DNA from: Trichoplax sp. H2
Lineage: Eukaryota
Direction of reading: 5' to 3'
Length of the DNA stretch: 64,000 nucleotides
NCBI GenBank assembly: GCA_003344405.1
Contig: NOWV01000022.1
Location: 186,001 to 250,000, forward strand
Made by a program: the position numbers and the translations under genes
The notes under the pieces: generated by a model
Told to the model about the DNA's origin: nothing
Databases searched by the model: none
Seen by the model: the letters and a program-made list of their open reading frames with translations, nothing else
Part shown: in pieces, positions 11,492 to 24,800 of the stretch
Position numbering within the stretch: the first letter of the stretch is position 1
Layout of the letters: every line of letters starts with the position of its first letter

Positions 11492-14400
11492 GTAAGTCCA
11501 AATCTTTGGCGAACCGAAGACATCGAGCAAAGACAGAGAGTTACCTTGCCATTTTTTCCTATTTTTAAGACTTTTGTTGAACTCTTCTTAACTTTTCTGA
11601 CTTGATCTATTTTCCTACTCATTATTTTCAATTTACTTGGCCATTTATTTGGGTAAATTTAGACTTGATCATCTTGGCCGTAATCAATGTCAACTCAGTG
11701 TAAATACATGGATCATACGCATTCATAGCGCTGATACGATCGATTCTATGGATATAGTTAGCAATGACTGATATTTTTGAACTGCAAGAAAGTTAAAGAA
11801 AAATACATTGATTGGTAATTACATTTGAACAAGCAGGAAATACCTCGATAGAATCCTCTTGTTTTGCAGAAAATTGAAAAAGGAAAGTCTTTACTCATAA
11901 AAATTGGCAGTAAAAATTGGAGTTGAAAGAAAAGGATATCTTGCTAGTGATACTATTGATACTACTGTGCTATCCACTCCTTCACTGTGATAAAAGAAGC
12001 CTCTTTCAATAGGTATGTCAAATAATAAAAATGAATATGTATTACTATAAGAATACAATAATGATAGGAAAAAACAGCAAGAGGAAAATTCACTGAATGA
12101 CATCTCGCAATCCAATTTCTCTCAACCTTGACATATTGATGTACATTAGCGCAAAATGGCTCTATGACATGACTTTCTCTATCGAAATTGAATTGAATTC
12201 TCACTGCAAGAGTACCCTAAATTGAGTCAAAAAATAATTCTTGAACTGGTTTTACAGTTAAAGAAAAATAATAATAATAATAATCATAACAAAGCCAGTT
12301 AGTACAGTATATTTACAGCTTGTTATATTCATCATGTTGATAAAGAATAGCGTTATTATCGGCCATAGACTTTGTAGACCAGCTAATGACAGAGACATAA
12401 GATAAAATGGATTGACTTGTACTCCACTGTATACTGTACAGTACACTATACGTTCATATAGTGTACGTCGTATACTATACATTTTTACCAACGTGAGATA
12501 ACGAAAATAATTTCCACAAATTTATATCGTATAAAGCTATCATTGACAGGGTGATCATTATGTGATCTGAATTAGACCAGTAGGAACTTCTCAATAAAAA
12601 CTTACCAGCATAAAAAAGTGGTAAAATTGCTATTCGCCAATCAGAGTAAGATAGAAGAGTTTGAGAATAACACAAGACAACCTTTCAAAAATTTTTTTTT
12701 CCAGTAGTGCGCTATTAACGGCAATCATATCCCAACATTGCTATCATTGCAATCGTCTACAGCGGAGTTTTATAATAATATAAACAGCATTCGAAAATTA
12801 ATAAAATAGTGTGCATAAATATAAAAATACTAGTTGGGAATTTGATGTTTCGCAATTGCAAGGTGTCACTTTTATATATATAATATATAAATTCGTATAA
12901 TCAAACCCTCTTTCATACTTCCTTCCTCTTTGCCATCCAAAAAGTCATTCATCAACATAATTAAAATTAAAATTCATGGTATATATTAGAGTATATAAGT
13001 GGAAAGAATCCTGATTTAAATTACTTTATCCGTGGTGAAACTAGTAATTGCTTTTGAAATATGCGATTTACAGTTAGTTAAGTTAGAGCCCATCCCATCT
13101 TTAAAAATATATGAGACCGCTGAACACCGGTTAGGCATACTGTCGATGATACTAGTCATAGTACTGTACGCTAACATCAGGTGAGTACACGCTATACGAT
13201 ATCATCATTTTGTACTGTCATTCTAACTCTTTTCTCCACTGGAAATCTTAATCCTTCTTCTTTTCACGCGTGCGATTTTTTCTATCTAATATTGTAACAT
13301 AGCTACTAGACTACAATTTAGAATCCTAATACCCCTTAGAAGCTTGCAAAATCTTGCTCTACATAATTTATCTATTACAATTAAAAACAAAATTTCTTTC
13401 TTTCTATCTCGAGATGATTTCATGCCGTACTCTAATATTAACGTTCTGTGACGCGATATGTCACTCAATTACGTGTTAGACAGTCAATTTGTTAATTACC
13501 ATAATAATTTAAATTTTAGTTTTTCCGATCGATGCATAGTTGAGTAGTGACTATGAAAATCTTGGAAACCGTAAAAAAAGTTGTCATTTTTACTCCTAGC
13601 CATGATTGATATGAAGTATTTCATTTCTCATTATCTTTTTAACCATATAAATTACTGAATTTTTTAACTTAGCTTTGTATCCTCGACTCCAAGTCGATAT
13701 CTTTTTATTGGTAGTGTTTACATGTACTAAGCAATGAATACGTATCTCTAACTCTGTAAAGTACAGTGTACTGTAGTTATCAAGATTCGACAACACACAT
13801 TTTTCTATATCCTAGATATTTTTAGGTAATGATACTACAACAATCCACTACTTTTTATACTCAATATTCTTCTATTCGGTAATATTGAGATTTTAATATA
13901 CAGTACAGTACAATACCATTACTGCACTGTGAGTACTTGTGTAGTTGATCAGTTATGATCGTTATATCCTACAGTAGCCTTGAGGATAATTACATACGCG
14001 TATTATGAACGTGGACTTAAAGATAGAAATTGTTCATTTCTTCTCAGATCTTTCTTCAATAAATCTGGCATTGCGCTAAGGTTGTCGTGTGTACGTTGTC
14101 TTTTTAGTTATACTGTACTGTACTGTATACTGCTCGTTTTACAGCAACAACTTTATAGCTACCCATCGACTAAAGATAATGTACTGTACAGGATAAGACT
14201 GATTTACTGTGACTATATATTATATATTGTATTATTTCTAATTCGATTAATAATATGTTAGATTACGTTATTTTTGGTCATATGGTTTTGATATTTCCTC
14301 CCCTTTGTCAAGTCAAGTATAGGCGTCTTTTCGTAACCGATGTACTAGCCCAGACCTCCAAAGTACACCGGGTATACTGACTGTACTGTATGCGAACTGC

Positions 14401-15914
14401 ATTCAAATTAATTAGTCTTTGACTTTGACTGTCTAACATATCATAAAAAACAAGGAATTTTTAATACTTGGGATATATTTGAACACTTGGCATATACTGC
14501 ATTTTATGTTATTGAACTATGAGTTGATTTTATAATTTTTTTTTTATCGTCCGTACAAGTGTGCAAGTACTGCAAACTATTTGTATCCTACAGTACATGG
14601 AACAGGATTATCTTTGTACTCTTTTTATTGATTAGTATAGTACGGTCAATCTTGAGGGAGGGGATATATTTACTTGAGAGGCACCTGATCCTGGCATAGT
14701 ATAATTGGTACTGCCTAGAATTCCAAATATACGCGATTAAGAGACTCTAGCAATTGCTTCATAACGCTAAATCAATCAATCAATTGCAGTTATTATTGTA
14801 TTTTTTTATTTAGGTTTATTTTAATAGATAGATTTGATAGTCTATGATGCAGACTGGATTAGCAAAATTTCTAAATTTATTGATGAATCTTGCATCACAA
14901 CTATATTTGCTTATCCTTGGTATTGGTGTTCTAAAATTTCTTATTTTTAGTAAGAGCTGGCTTTAAATTAATAAATTACTATCCTTCTGATGATCATGAG
15001 GCAATAAAATCACAAATTTAGTAGTCTACTTTTTTTTCTGATACAGTTAGTAGATAGTAATATTGGTGACTGATAATGCTACTGAAAGGAATATGCGTTT
15101 ACAGTATTCTTGAATTTCACTAACTGAAATTGCCGTTCTTCTTTGCTGAATTTAGAATTATTGAATTGAATTAAAGAATGAATTATAGTTCTTCACTTAT
15201 TTATATCAAGTTTGGATAGCATAAACGTTACTTACTCGCGGCAGAAGAACGCAAAAATTCAGAAAAGGTAAATGGCGTTGAATAATATCAAGTTGACCTC
15301 AATACTTGCGTACGGGTGTATTACTACGAGTATTAATCGGCTATTCGATAACGGCGACAACAAGAATGGGAGCATTCTTGTTACTTATCATGAATCTACT
15401 ATTGAGTTAATATGTAGGAATATTAATTGAAATTTAACTTCACTCTTGACATCTTGCTTGTAATGATACTAGTTCGCATTACTATTGAGATTGAGATTGA
15501 ATTCAGTAGACTAACTTATGATTGTCACATTATATCAATACGCTATGCTAACGATTGGATGCAATTGAAGGCTTTCTTTCCCTTATATACAATTTACTAT
15601 AACTACTCTTTTAACTTAATATCATAATAGCGTAGTTATGTTTATTCTACCTTTATTTTTACACCTACTGTACGTTTCTAGAGTGTATTAGCTAAACTGT
15701 TGAAGTTTCCTCCAACGTAATAGTTCTATTCCAAATCATATTCGTAATATCAGTTTGATTTAATTTTATAATCATGCTATCTGTAAACATACACTAACCT
15801 TTAATTATAACTAATCTACCTTACTATTAGTATAAAAAAGTAATCTTTTTATCTAATGATATCCAGGTAAAGCTAACAATTTTCATTTCTTAAATTTATT
15901 TTATTCCTCGTTAG

Positions 15915-16060
15915 GCAATTGGAGGAAGTTTGGCTTTTATTAACAGCAACATTAATATACGTATATATATTTACTAGCCCAACAGGAGATTCGTAGCGGA
16001 GTAGTATCAGATTAACTAAATTGAAAATATTTCTATCAATAGCGACTTACAAGTATCAAG
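15915..16060 (+). other. Probable non-coding 5'UTR exon of the RING gene
   Basis: Pyrimidine tract plus TTAG acceptor ending at 15914, and strong donor AAG|GTAAGA at 16061. A further acceptor (TTGTAG, ~16223) lies just before the ATG at 16256. Confidence 0.5.
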
Positions 16061-16255
16061 GTAAGAGGTTAAAAATCGAAATAAAGCATAGCTTATTTTT
16101 TTCAAAGTTTTACTTTAATCAATGAGATGGATTTATAGAGAATAGGCTGTTGTAAAAAAATTGTATATTTTGAAATTTGACTTTTGACCATCTCAATAAT
16201 TAAATTCATAACAAAGATTGTAGATCTAAACTAAATAAAGATCGAAAAATTAATC

Positions 16256-19200
16256 ATGGGAAGTGGATCATCGACTTGCGCAAGTGATAAATCGGTTGAG
16301 ATAAAATTAAAAGTGAAAGGCAGCAGCTCCATACCAATTCGTAGACCGTCTGCCATCTTAAATGCAGAAATTAATACAAAGCATTTAACTATTAACCCTA
16401 CCACGGCTTATCGATTAGCAGTAGCAGCTCAAGGCGGTACTGTGAGCACTACCAATACTGGCAATAACTTACCTAAAAAGAATAAAAATCGGATAGTACG
16501 TAATCAAAAGTATCAAAAACCTCATTTTGAAATCTTTAAAGCTAGCAATGGTGAAGAATACACTATTTTTGTGAGAACTGACAGTCATAGATTCTATATC
16601 AATTGCATTACTCAGGTAAGGAGATAATAAAAAAATTACGTGCAATAGCTATCTAAATGAAAGACGAATATTGTCTTTATTTACGATATTAAATATTATT
16701 TTGTCTATGACGATGCCTGATATCGTAAAATCATACTTATTGCTTTCAGCCGATTACATTTTTCACACAATCCAGTGCAGTAGAACTTCTCATCATATAT
16801 AAGTAGTGGCTTTTCTTATACACAATACTTGTACATTGATATCATACAGGATAGTACTGTCCACAAACATGCGATTTTGTTTTTTATGCGCGTATTTTAT
16901 CAATATAATGTAATGCACCTTTATTGCTGTATTTATTTGTTATATTATATTCATTTACTGTTTAATTGTATTGATTGTTAGATAATTGCTTTACTGCTAA
17001 GCTTCCATATTTTTATCTCTTAAATATCAAAAATGGACCGAAGGTTTTATCTGCATACTATAACATTAGAAGAACATAGTTAACTATTAATCAACAACTC
17101 CACAAGTTACAATTATCCGTATCGAAACAATTACGCTAGCATCTTATTAGCGATTAGCGGCAATTTTTTTGAATTCATCGTATTTTTCTATCCTATACTC
17201 ACATATCTAACTTCCTACATAAGAAGCTATGATCAATTTCTATAATTAAATATACCGTATATCGCTTTTCGCTCTCCTTATAATCCTTTATAATACAGTC
17301 TACCAGCTATCTCTTTTGATAATTTACAGGTACCAGCTGTATTAGAATAACAAATAAGGATTAAGTTACCTTGTTTAGTCTACTATTATTTTCTGTACTC
17401 TTCATAAATCCTACTCCGAATGCCTAGTATTTTCAAAGATTAAGGATCACGGTTTCCAAAGTAGTATCTTAAGTTTTATTGATAAATGATCTCCATGACT
17501 GCATATAGGTCTTTATTGAAAAGTCTTTTCATCTGTTGTCAAATACTGATAACATGACAAATTTAATAATACAATTTTTCTTTATTGACTTTTAAAAGAA
17601 TACTCCGCATCATTATCAATCTACATTATAAAGGAACATTTTTTTACGCTTTAAAGTAAATTAATGTCCAAGACTGCATTTGCCAATAATTTAATTGCTG
17701 ATTAGATAGCTAATTGGAGTTAAATAAGATAGGCTTTAGAAGGGACATTGGCTCATACATCGATTCATACATTTACGTATCTCATGTAGCTATCAGGCTG
17801 TAATGCAAGAGAATACTTTTGTACGCTTGAAATTAAGTCGATATCAAAAGATTGCACAGACTATTAATTTAACTACTAACTAGAGAGCCGACAGGAATTA
17901 AATAAGATCCGTAAATTAACTTTAGAACGGATATTGACTAATTAATACTCCTGAAGTACAACAATATAATAATACAGGATGTACAACGTAGTCTTGTTAA
18001 TGTTTGTTTTCATCTCTTTAAACTGCTATGAAATAATTCTATATGTAAAAATTTTAGTCAAAAGGGAATTGAAACGTATTCTTAGTTTAATTTATGTAGT
18101 TCATTATCTAAGCTTATTTAATGATATTAGAGGCTTCTAGTATACGCGTATGGATATGACACGTATCTACAAGAACAAAAAAATTATAATATACAGTACG
18201 TGTTCTTCGTACACTAGGCTTGATGAGTTTGTAGCCTTTGTAAAAGGTATTTATTTAATCATGCATCTGTAAAGAAAAATAAAAAAGTTATTGTTTTATA
18301 TTGGATTGATAATAATTTAATTAGATCATGATGATTGATAAAAACGGATTGATTTTGAGATTTCTCTTCTCGAAAGTATTGATGGCAATGATGTAATTAA
18401 GAAATTAGATAATGATATGAATATAATATGATTGGAGTTGAGACTGTGTGAGAAGTTAGGCTCTGTTGCAGCTAAAGACAAATTTTATTAAGTATGATAA
18501 AAATGATCACTTTCCTTATGCTTTTAGGTACAAAACACACGCGTGTATATGTATGTACATACATGTACTGTTTGTACGCCTATTACAAGGGTACATTGAT
18601 GATTGCTAACAAAAAAGTAAATTAGTTTATTAATTTAAGGAGATTTTATTTTATCCACTGTGTAGAGTATTTTAATACTCTGGGTTCTAGTAATTCGAAT
18701 GCAAAATGCTTAAATACCATTTTCCTCGCTTGTAGTCCATTTGTTCAGCTTAGATTTTGCGTTACCTTTAATGATCTCTATAATTCATTACGAAAATTTT
18801 TAATTTGCAATCTTTGCACGATATTTATGAAATTAATGAGCCTATCGCACGAATTAGTCATTTCTTGAACTGTTATGGAGTGAGTAGATTAATTTATCTG
18901 ATCCAACGTGGTATAATTTGTAGTGAAAATTTCTGTCTAGGTTGGTACGATACACTCAATTTTTGGTTAAGGTGTTATTTATCTAGAAAAGATGCCTGTT
19001 CATTTATATATTGTTATCAAGTGATTAATGAAGATAGAAAGAGACTCTTTTATTTTGCATGCTTTTATGGTTAAATAATAGATGTAAAAATTACAAGGCT
19101 AGATTTTTATTATGGGAATCATTTATTTTTGTGCCGCTTCCGAAATGAAGAAGTATGTATCTAGCATGGGTTTTATAGGGTGAATACAGACTATAGAATG

Positions 19201-21857
19201 ATTTATTATTTATTAACAGTGAGATCAAAGGTAATAACTACAAAAGTGTACTTGAAAAGATTTTAATTGGAGATGCTATTTAATTAAACGAATCGAGACA
19301 GCCGATTTGACTTTTACTTTCGTTCACATTTGCACGAGATGATCTATTGTATACTTATCTTCATTACCTTCGATACGGACTGGTATAATTGGCTGACTTA
19401 AATAGCGGAGAAAGTAGTAATTAATTTATTGTTAATTACACACTACATCTATACCGATAAATGTATTTATGTAGCTACCCTTAAATCGATGAAATAATAT
19501 TCTGAAAGGTCTGCGTGAATATTATTTCAAGATTAAATCATTTTATACAATGCTAAATGTTGATATATTTTTAGTTTACCAGCTCTTTCTGATCATAAAC
19601 TAGTGTCTTGACTATTATCAGCACTGCAGATATTACTATAAACATATAAGTTACTTGTATAGTAGTCTTTTAATGTTTATTAACCTATATTTCGTCTTTT
19701 GATAGGAATGGAAACCTATTGACTCGTCATGGTATGATCATGGGACATTTTTTGCCTGCGAGCAACATGAAGCGGAGGTAAAGTGACTATCATTTACGAA
19801 AAATGTAATTATGATATCATTTAATGGTAAATCAACGACTAGCATAAATATATAGTACATTATATGGCTTGTTATCCTCTTTTATAAGGAATACATGGTA
19901 TAAATTTTTACTGAACCATAAAGTGGTCGCGAAATTTATTAATACCCTAGTAACTATCTTAAGTCATTAAATTGCGCCAAAATCTGATGCTACGGGAAAT
20001 TTTTTAGTATTGTATAACGAAACTAATTTTAAAGAATCCTTGAAATTTTGGATAATACTGTCCTAGACGTGATCTAGAAACTGTCAAATTTTTTAGTATT
20101 GTATATCGAAACTAATTTTATAGAATCCTTGAAATTTTGGACAATACTGTCATAGACATAATCTAGAAACTGTCAATCTTCATTGTTCGTCAACTGACTG
20201 CCTGTTCTTTATGATATAGTGTAGTAGTTGCTGTAATATCTTATTTAAAAATAATTTAAATTTATGAGGTGTTGGCATATCTAGAATTTAAATATCATTA
20301 GTTATTCACTCTAGCGTTAAAAATTAGATAAAACACTCTACATTATCATTAATTACTTCTAAAATATTGAAAATAACGTAGAATACTAGTAGTGTATCAC
20401 TTGTGAGTAGCTAAGCTTTAATAATATCATGATATACGAGTACGCAGAATACTATTATTATATTAGCCATTATAATGGTATTTTCTCATTGTTGTTGCTT
20501 TAATCAACAATTGCGGCTATTCATTTTAACATGAACTCCTTTTATTTCAATGAAGCGATAATGTTATTTGTGTCGTGGAGGTTACTCTACTTTAATTTTA
20601 GATTATGAATCATAAGGCACATTTCGTAGCCGTATTGATCGGTTATTACAGTGACATGAAAATATGTGAATAACTTTGTTTGAAATAAAAGAGTTTATTT
20701 TTATTTCGCTTCCTTTTAGCAATCCTATCTGAGGTGTAGGCTGTTATCGGAAGAGAGAAAGAAACAAGACTTACTAGATATGGTAAAATTTGCCTTATAT
20801 ATGCAGTTTACAATGCCCAGTTTAAACCGGTATCTGATCTAACCATGACTATTTTTACTCCACTAAAGTTTGAACTTCAAATTCATTTTAATAGGTTGAT
20901 CTATTGCAACGCAAACTAGATGGGCAACAAGTTAATAGTGAGGTATAAAAGATTTTATTTCGGTTGTATTGATAGTATCCTATATTAGATTATGTTCCAC
21001 TACTTCCTTTATGATATCAATATTTAATTGTAATTAATTCTGAATACCTGCCATTGCGTTTTTCTGGTGTGACTCAGGATGAAAAGCCCAAAGTGAAAAA
21101 CCCGATAATTCGTCATTTGCTGCCAAATGATAGCGGTAATTTAGCGGATATATTGAAAATTTTTATTTCAAAGAGGGCTCTTTAAAATACACATTAAGCG
21201 TGTATTATAAGAATCGATAAAGAGCCTGTTTAAATAAGCGTTATAGTATATTTTAATGGCTCAGTTTTATCATCAATATAAATTTTATAGAAGTAGAAAT
21301 GGTTCCATATAAGCTACTTCTATGAGCTTAAAAGAATTTCATAGGTTATTAATGGTGGTTTATCATTGCATTTTAAATCATAATTTAAATCTAATTATTT
21401 CATGCATTAGCGGATGATGTAGACTTACGGTCTGAAAGAATTGGATCTGGTGGTAGTATGTTACGAGAAAAGATCGCTTTATTAGAAGATAAATTAGAAT
21501 TAACTATGTGTAAAGTAAGTAATAATGAAAAGCTCTAAATTTAATGCAATGGACGATTTACTTTTCTTCTGTAGTAATTTATAAAATAATAGATTATAGT
21601 GATTTGTAATTCAATATCTATGCAAAGAATCTACGTTTATAAGTTAAGTAAGAAATCAAAATTCATTAAGCAACGGCGTTATGACTGATATTTGGTGATA
21701 ACGTTTTACATTTTAGGTCTGCTTTGAAAACGAATTGGAAATTGTTTTAATTCCTTGTAAGCATATGGTTACGTGTACAAGTTGCGCTGAACAATTGATT
21801 ATATGTCCAACATGTAGAGCTCCTATTATCGCGCGAGATCGCGTGTATCGAAGTTAA
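16256..21857 (+). CDS. ~281-aa protein with N-myristoylation motif, coiled-coil region and C-terminal IAP-type (C3HC4) RING; putative E3 ubiquitin ligase
   Basis: Exons 16256-16615, 19706-19777, 20720-20782, 20895-20942, 21078-21135, 21411-21514 and 21717-21857 are phase-compatible. The protein starts MGSGSS and ends CKVCFENELEIVLIPCKHMVTCTSCAEQLIICPTCRAPIIARDRVYRS*, with spacing C-x2-C-x11-C-x-H-x3-C-x2-C-x6-C-x2-C. Confidence 0.8.
19997..20176. repeat. 89-bp tandem duplication (2 copies) in an intron of the RING gene
   Basis: AAATTTTTTAGTATTGTATAnCGAAACTAATTTTAnAGAATCCTTGAAATTTTGG...TCTAGAAACTGTC occurs twice head-to-tail with few mismatches. Confidence 0.92.
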
Positions 21858-24800
21858 TTGGGACTGTAGTTACCATTTCTTAATATCGTATACCATGTAG
21901 GTATTCATCTAACAAAAGAATTTAGTCTTAAAAAAGGATTTGGCTTATCATCACCTCTGATCTGTAATCTACAGCATGAATTTGGTACGTAATGCGATCA
22001 AATACGAATAGAATTAGAATAGGATTCAGTTTTTTGGTTCCTACTACGTCTAAAGGATAAAACATCGAAAATAATAAGATAGATAGAAGACTAATTTTTT
22101 AAAAGATGGTATCGACTGTGTGTATACACCATGGATCATTAAAAATGATTCATATATAGGATTATAAATATTTAAAAGTCAAAATGAAACTGCTTGGAAC
22201 TCCAAATCATTTTTAATATAGCATAACTAGTATAATCATAATTATGCAGGTTGCGATGATATACAGTACAATGTTTAAACAATTTTTTTCTTAAAAATGT
22301 TTATGATGTCTTGCGCTACTTATTGAGCAGGAGTTAAAAATGTTCTTACAAATTTGATCACAAATTATCGACCAGTTCTACTTGAATGTAAATCATGGTA
22401 AATAATTGACTATTTTAATTATAAACTATGTTATTATAGTTATTAGTTAATCAAGTCAAAGAACTTTCGGCTATTTTATCGTACGTTATCTCATGACGAA
22501 GCCTTACAAAAGATTAATAATTTACTGTGATAAATTTCGTTTTCATGTACTGTAGTCTAACCCATGTATGATTATCACTAGCCTATAATGATATTTAATT
22601 ATTTAACATGAAAAGATCGTACTAGATCAATAATAATAATTATATTTAAATTTTGATTAATTTATATGCTTCCTTCCTAGTCTTACATGAATATTAAATA
22701 ATAGAGAACATATTTCGTTATTAATAGCATTGCTACTTTCCTATTATCGTTTCAGAACTTATTCTGCTGTACTCCATTCTATTGACTATTATATTGATTA
22801 TTGTTAGCATATCTTGAAATCTATATTTAAAGTATACATCTTGCTTTAAAAATGATGTTCACATTTTTTAGATTGCTTTCTTTGAAGTTGATATACTTAT
22901 TAGAATGTCAGATGCTTGATCAAGCACAGTTAAGATAGTGCTGTTCTTAATTCTTATTATTTATACTCATTTATGGATGGAGAACTATCATTTTTAATAC
23001 GGTTCTGTAACTTTCTTTCTTAATTATTTTGGAAAGGAAGGTTTAGATATTCTAATAGCATGCTGTACAATATCTAAGATGTATGGCATATAATAGATTT
23101 TACCTATAAATTGCATGAATGATGATGAAATTATAAGATACTACATTGATATATCGATGTATAAAATTGTAAAATCAAGCCTTATCACTAACAACCAATG
23201 TGAGAAATTTTGATTTCCCTTTTAAAATGTATTTAAACCTTTCCGACTGTAAAATTGGAATAAGTCTGAATAAAAAATTGAAATTTTTGAAATTGGTAGC
23301 GCTATAAAGTATGTCATCATTGCATACTCTTATCTAGTTAAGGTGATGATCCGATTTAGTAATTATAAGACAGTAAAGTGGGGCTCTGTAAGTGTAAATT
23401 ATAATGTTATATTAATTGCTTAAAGATCTATTAGGTGCTTGTAAATATATTTGTTGCAGTGATACTACACGCTAGTGCATTTTATTTCTGTGCTTAAGTT
23501 ACGACTCAACTAGATATGCATACTGATGATCCTAGCAATATACTCGTAAAGATCTTTCGCACAACAATGTACTGTATGTAGGTGCGGCTAACACCTATAA
23601 AAAGAGATCTATTATTCGCATAATCTTTTTCTCTCCACGCACTTGCATACATCTAGATGAAACGTGGTATCGTAAAGATTTATAATATGTTATTTTTTAT
23701 AATGCACAAAGTGCATGCGCTATAATGACTCAATATTTATCATTTACTTGTTGTCTGAATTATAGTACTCACAGTTCTACTTGTGAATATGAAGTAATTA
23801 AAAGTTTATGGTCAATATACATTGGTTAATCAACAGGTGGAAGACTAATATATAATACTAAATACAGTATGGTATTGCTACAGCAGCATGGCTTTAGACT
23901 TGAATCTATCGAGCTCATCACTACTCCCTCCAAGATTTAATCTAACATTGCATTAAATGCAGAAAAAATTTCTGCTGAGCCAACTACTAATTATGAATGG
24001 TGCTATCATAACATAGTATCTTTTCTTTTCGTAGCTTTAACGGTGGACATGGGTGATAATTCGAGCGTAAATGTAGAAACTGTCGCCTATAAAATATGCA
24101 GCAAAGTGATATAGCATAGAACAGTCCAACGACTAATAATACGCGTAAGATTTTTCAAAACTTTGTAAAGGCTTTATGTATAAATTGTACTTTGCCCAAT
24201 TGCTTAAATTACCTGTAATAATTTATTAGGACAGATGGATAGATTACCTTTTATACGGTATACAAACATAAAATTGCGTAATCAACGGCACAACAGTTTC
24301 TTCAACATAGTCTGACTTAGATAGAATATAGTTTCTATAGTTTATTTCCGTTGATGTCATCTTCTTTTATAATTAAGGTCTTTAGGGAATTCCTTTGATA
24401 GATTACCTTCGAATTACAAGCAATTGACAAGTCGCATATAAACTGCAATGAATGGAGATGATACATGTGCTATTGATAAAACAGCGAGGTGCCGATTCGG
24501 AATGTAGCAATAACAGCTTATGAAATTCTAGATATTTTTGTCTTCAATAATGGACCCTTATAGGTCGACGTGGAAGCGAGTTGATTTAAATCCTCTAGGA
24601 CAGCAGGTCTATACGTCGTCTAAAAAAAAGCTGAGTCAGACCAAGGGCTATCTATAGCTCTACCATAATGCACTGTAGTAGTAATCAATTGCAGTTAAAA
24701 TGGTAATCGAAGATGATAGTTAATACTATGGAATGCATGCTACCATTGAAAAATTATCGTTCTAATCTCTAGACGATTTCATTATTGTTATTCAATTTGC

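Noticed and set aside
2355..15627. Many 60-93-aa ORFs in the ORF track
   Set aside because: They are I/L/Y/F-rich translations typical of AT-rich non-coding DNA, with no motifs or consistent splice frames.
18538..18570. Palindromic ATGTATGTACATACAT
   Set aside because: Low-complexity alternating purine/pyrimidine sequence.
24035..24660. Exon-like segments and short ORFs (MGDNSSV..., MDPYRST...)
   Set aside because: In-frame stops, no homology recognised and no coherent gene model.
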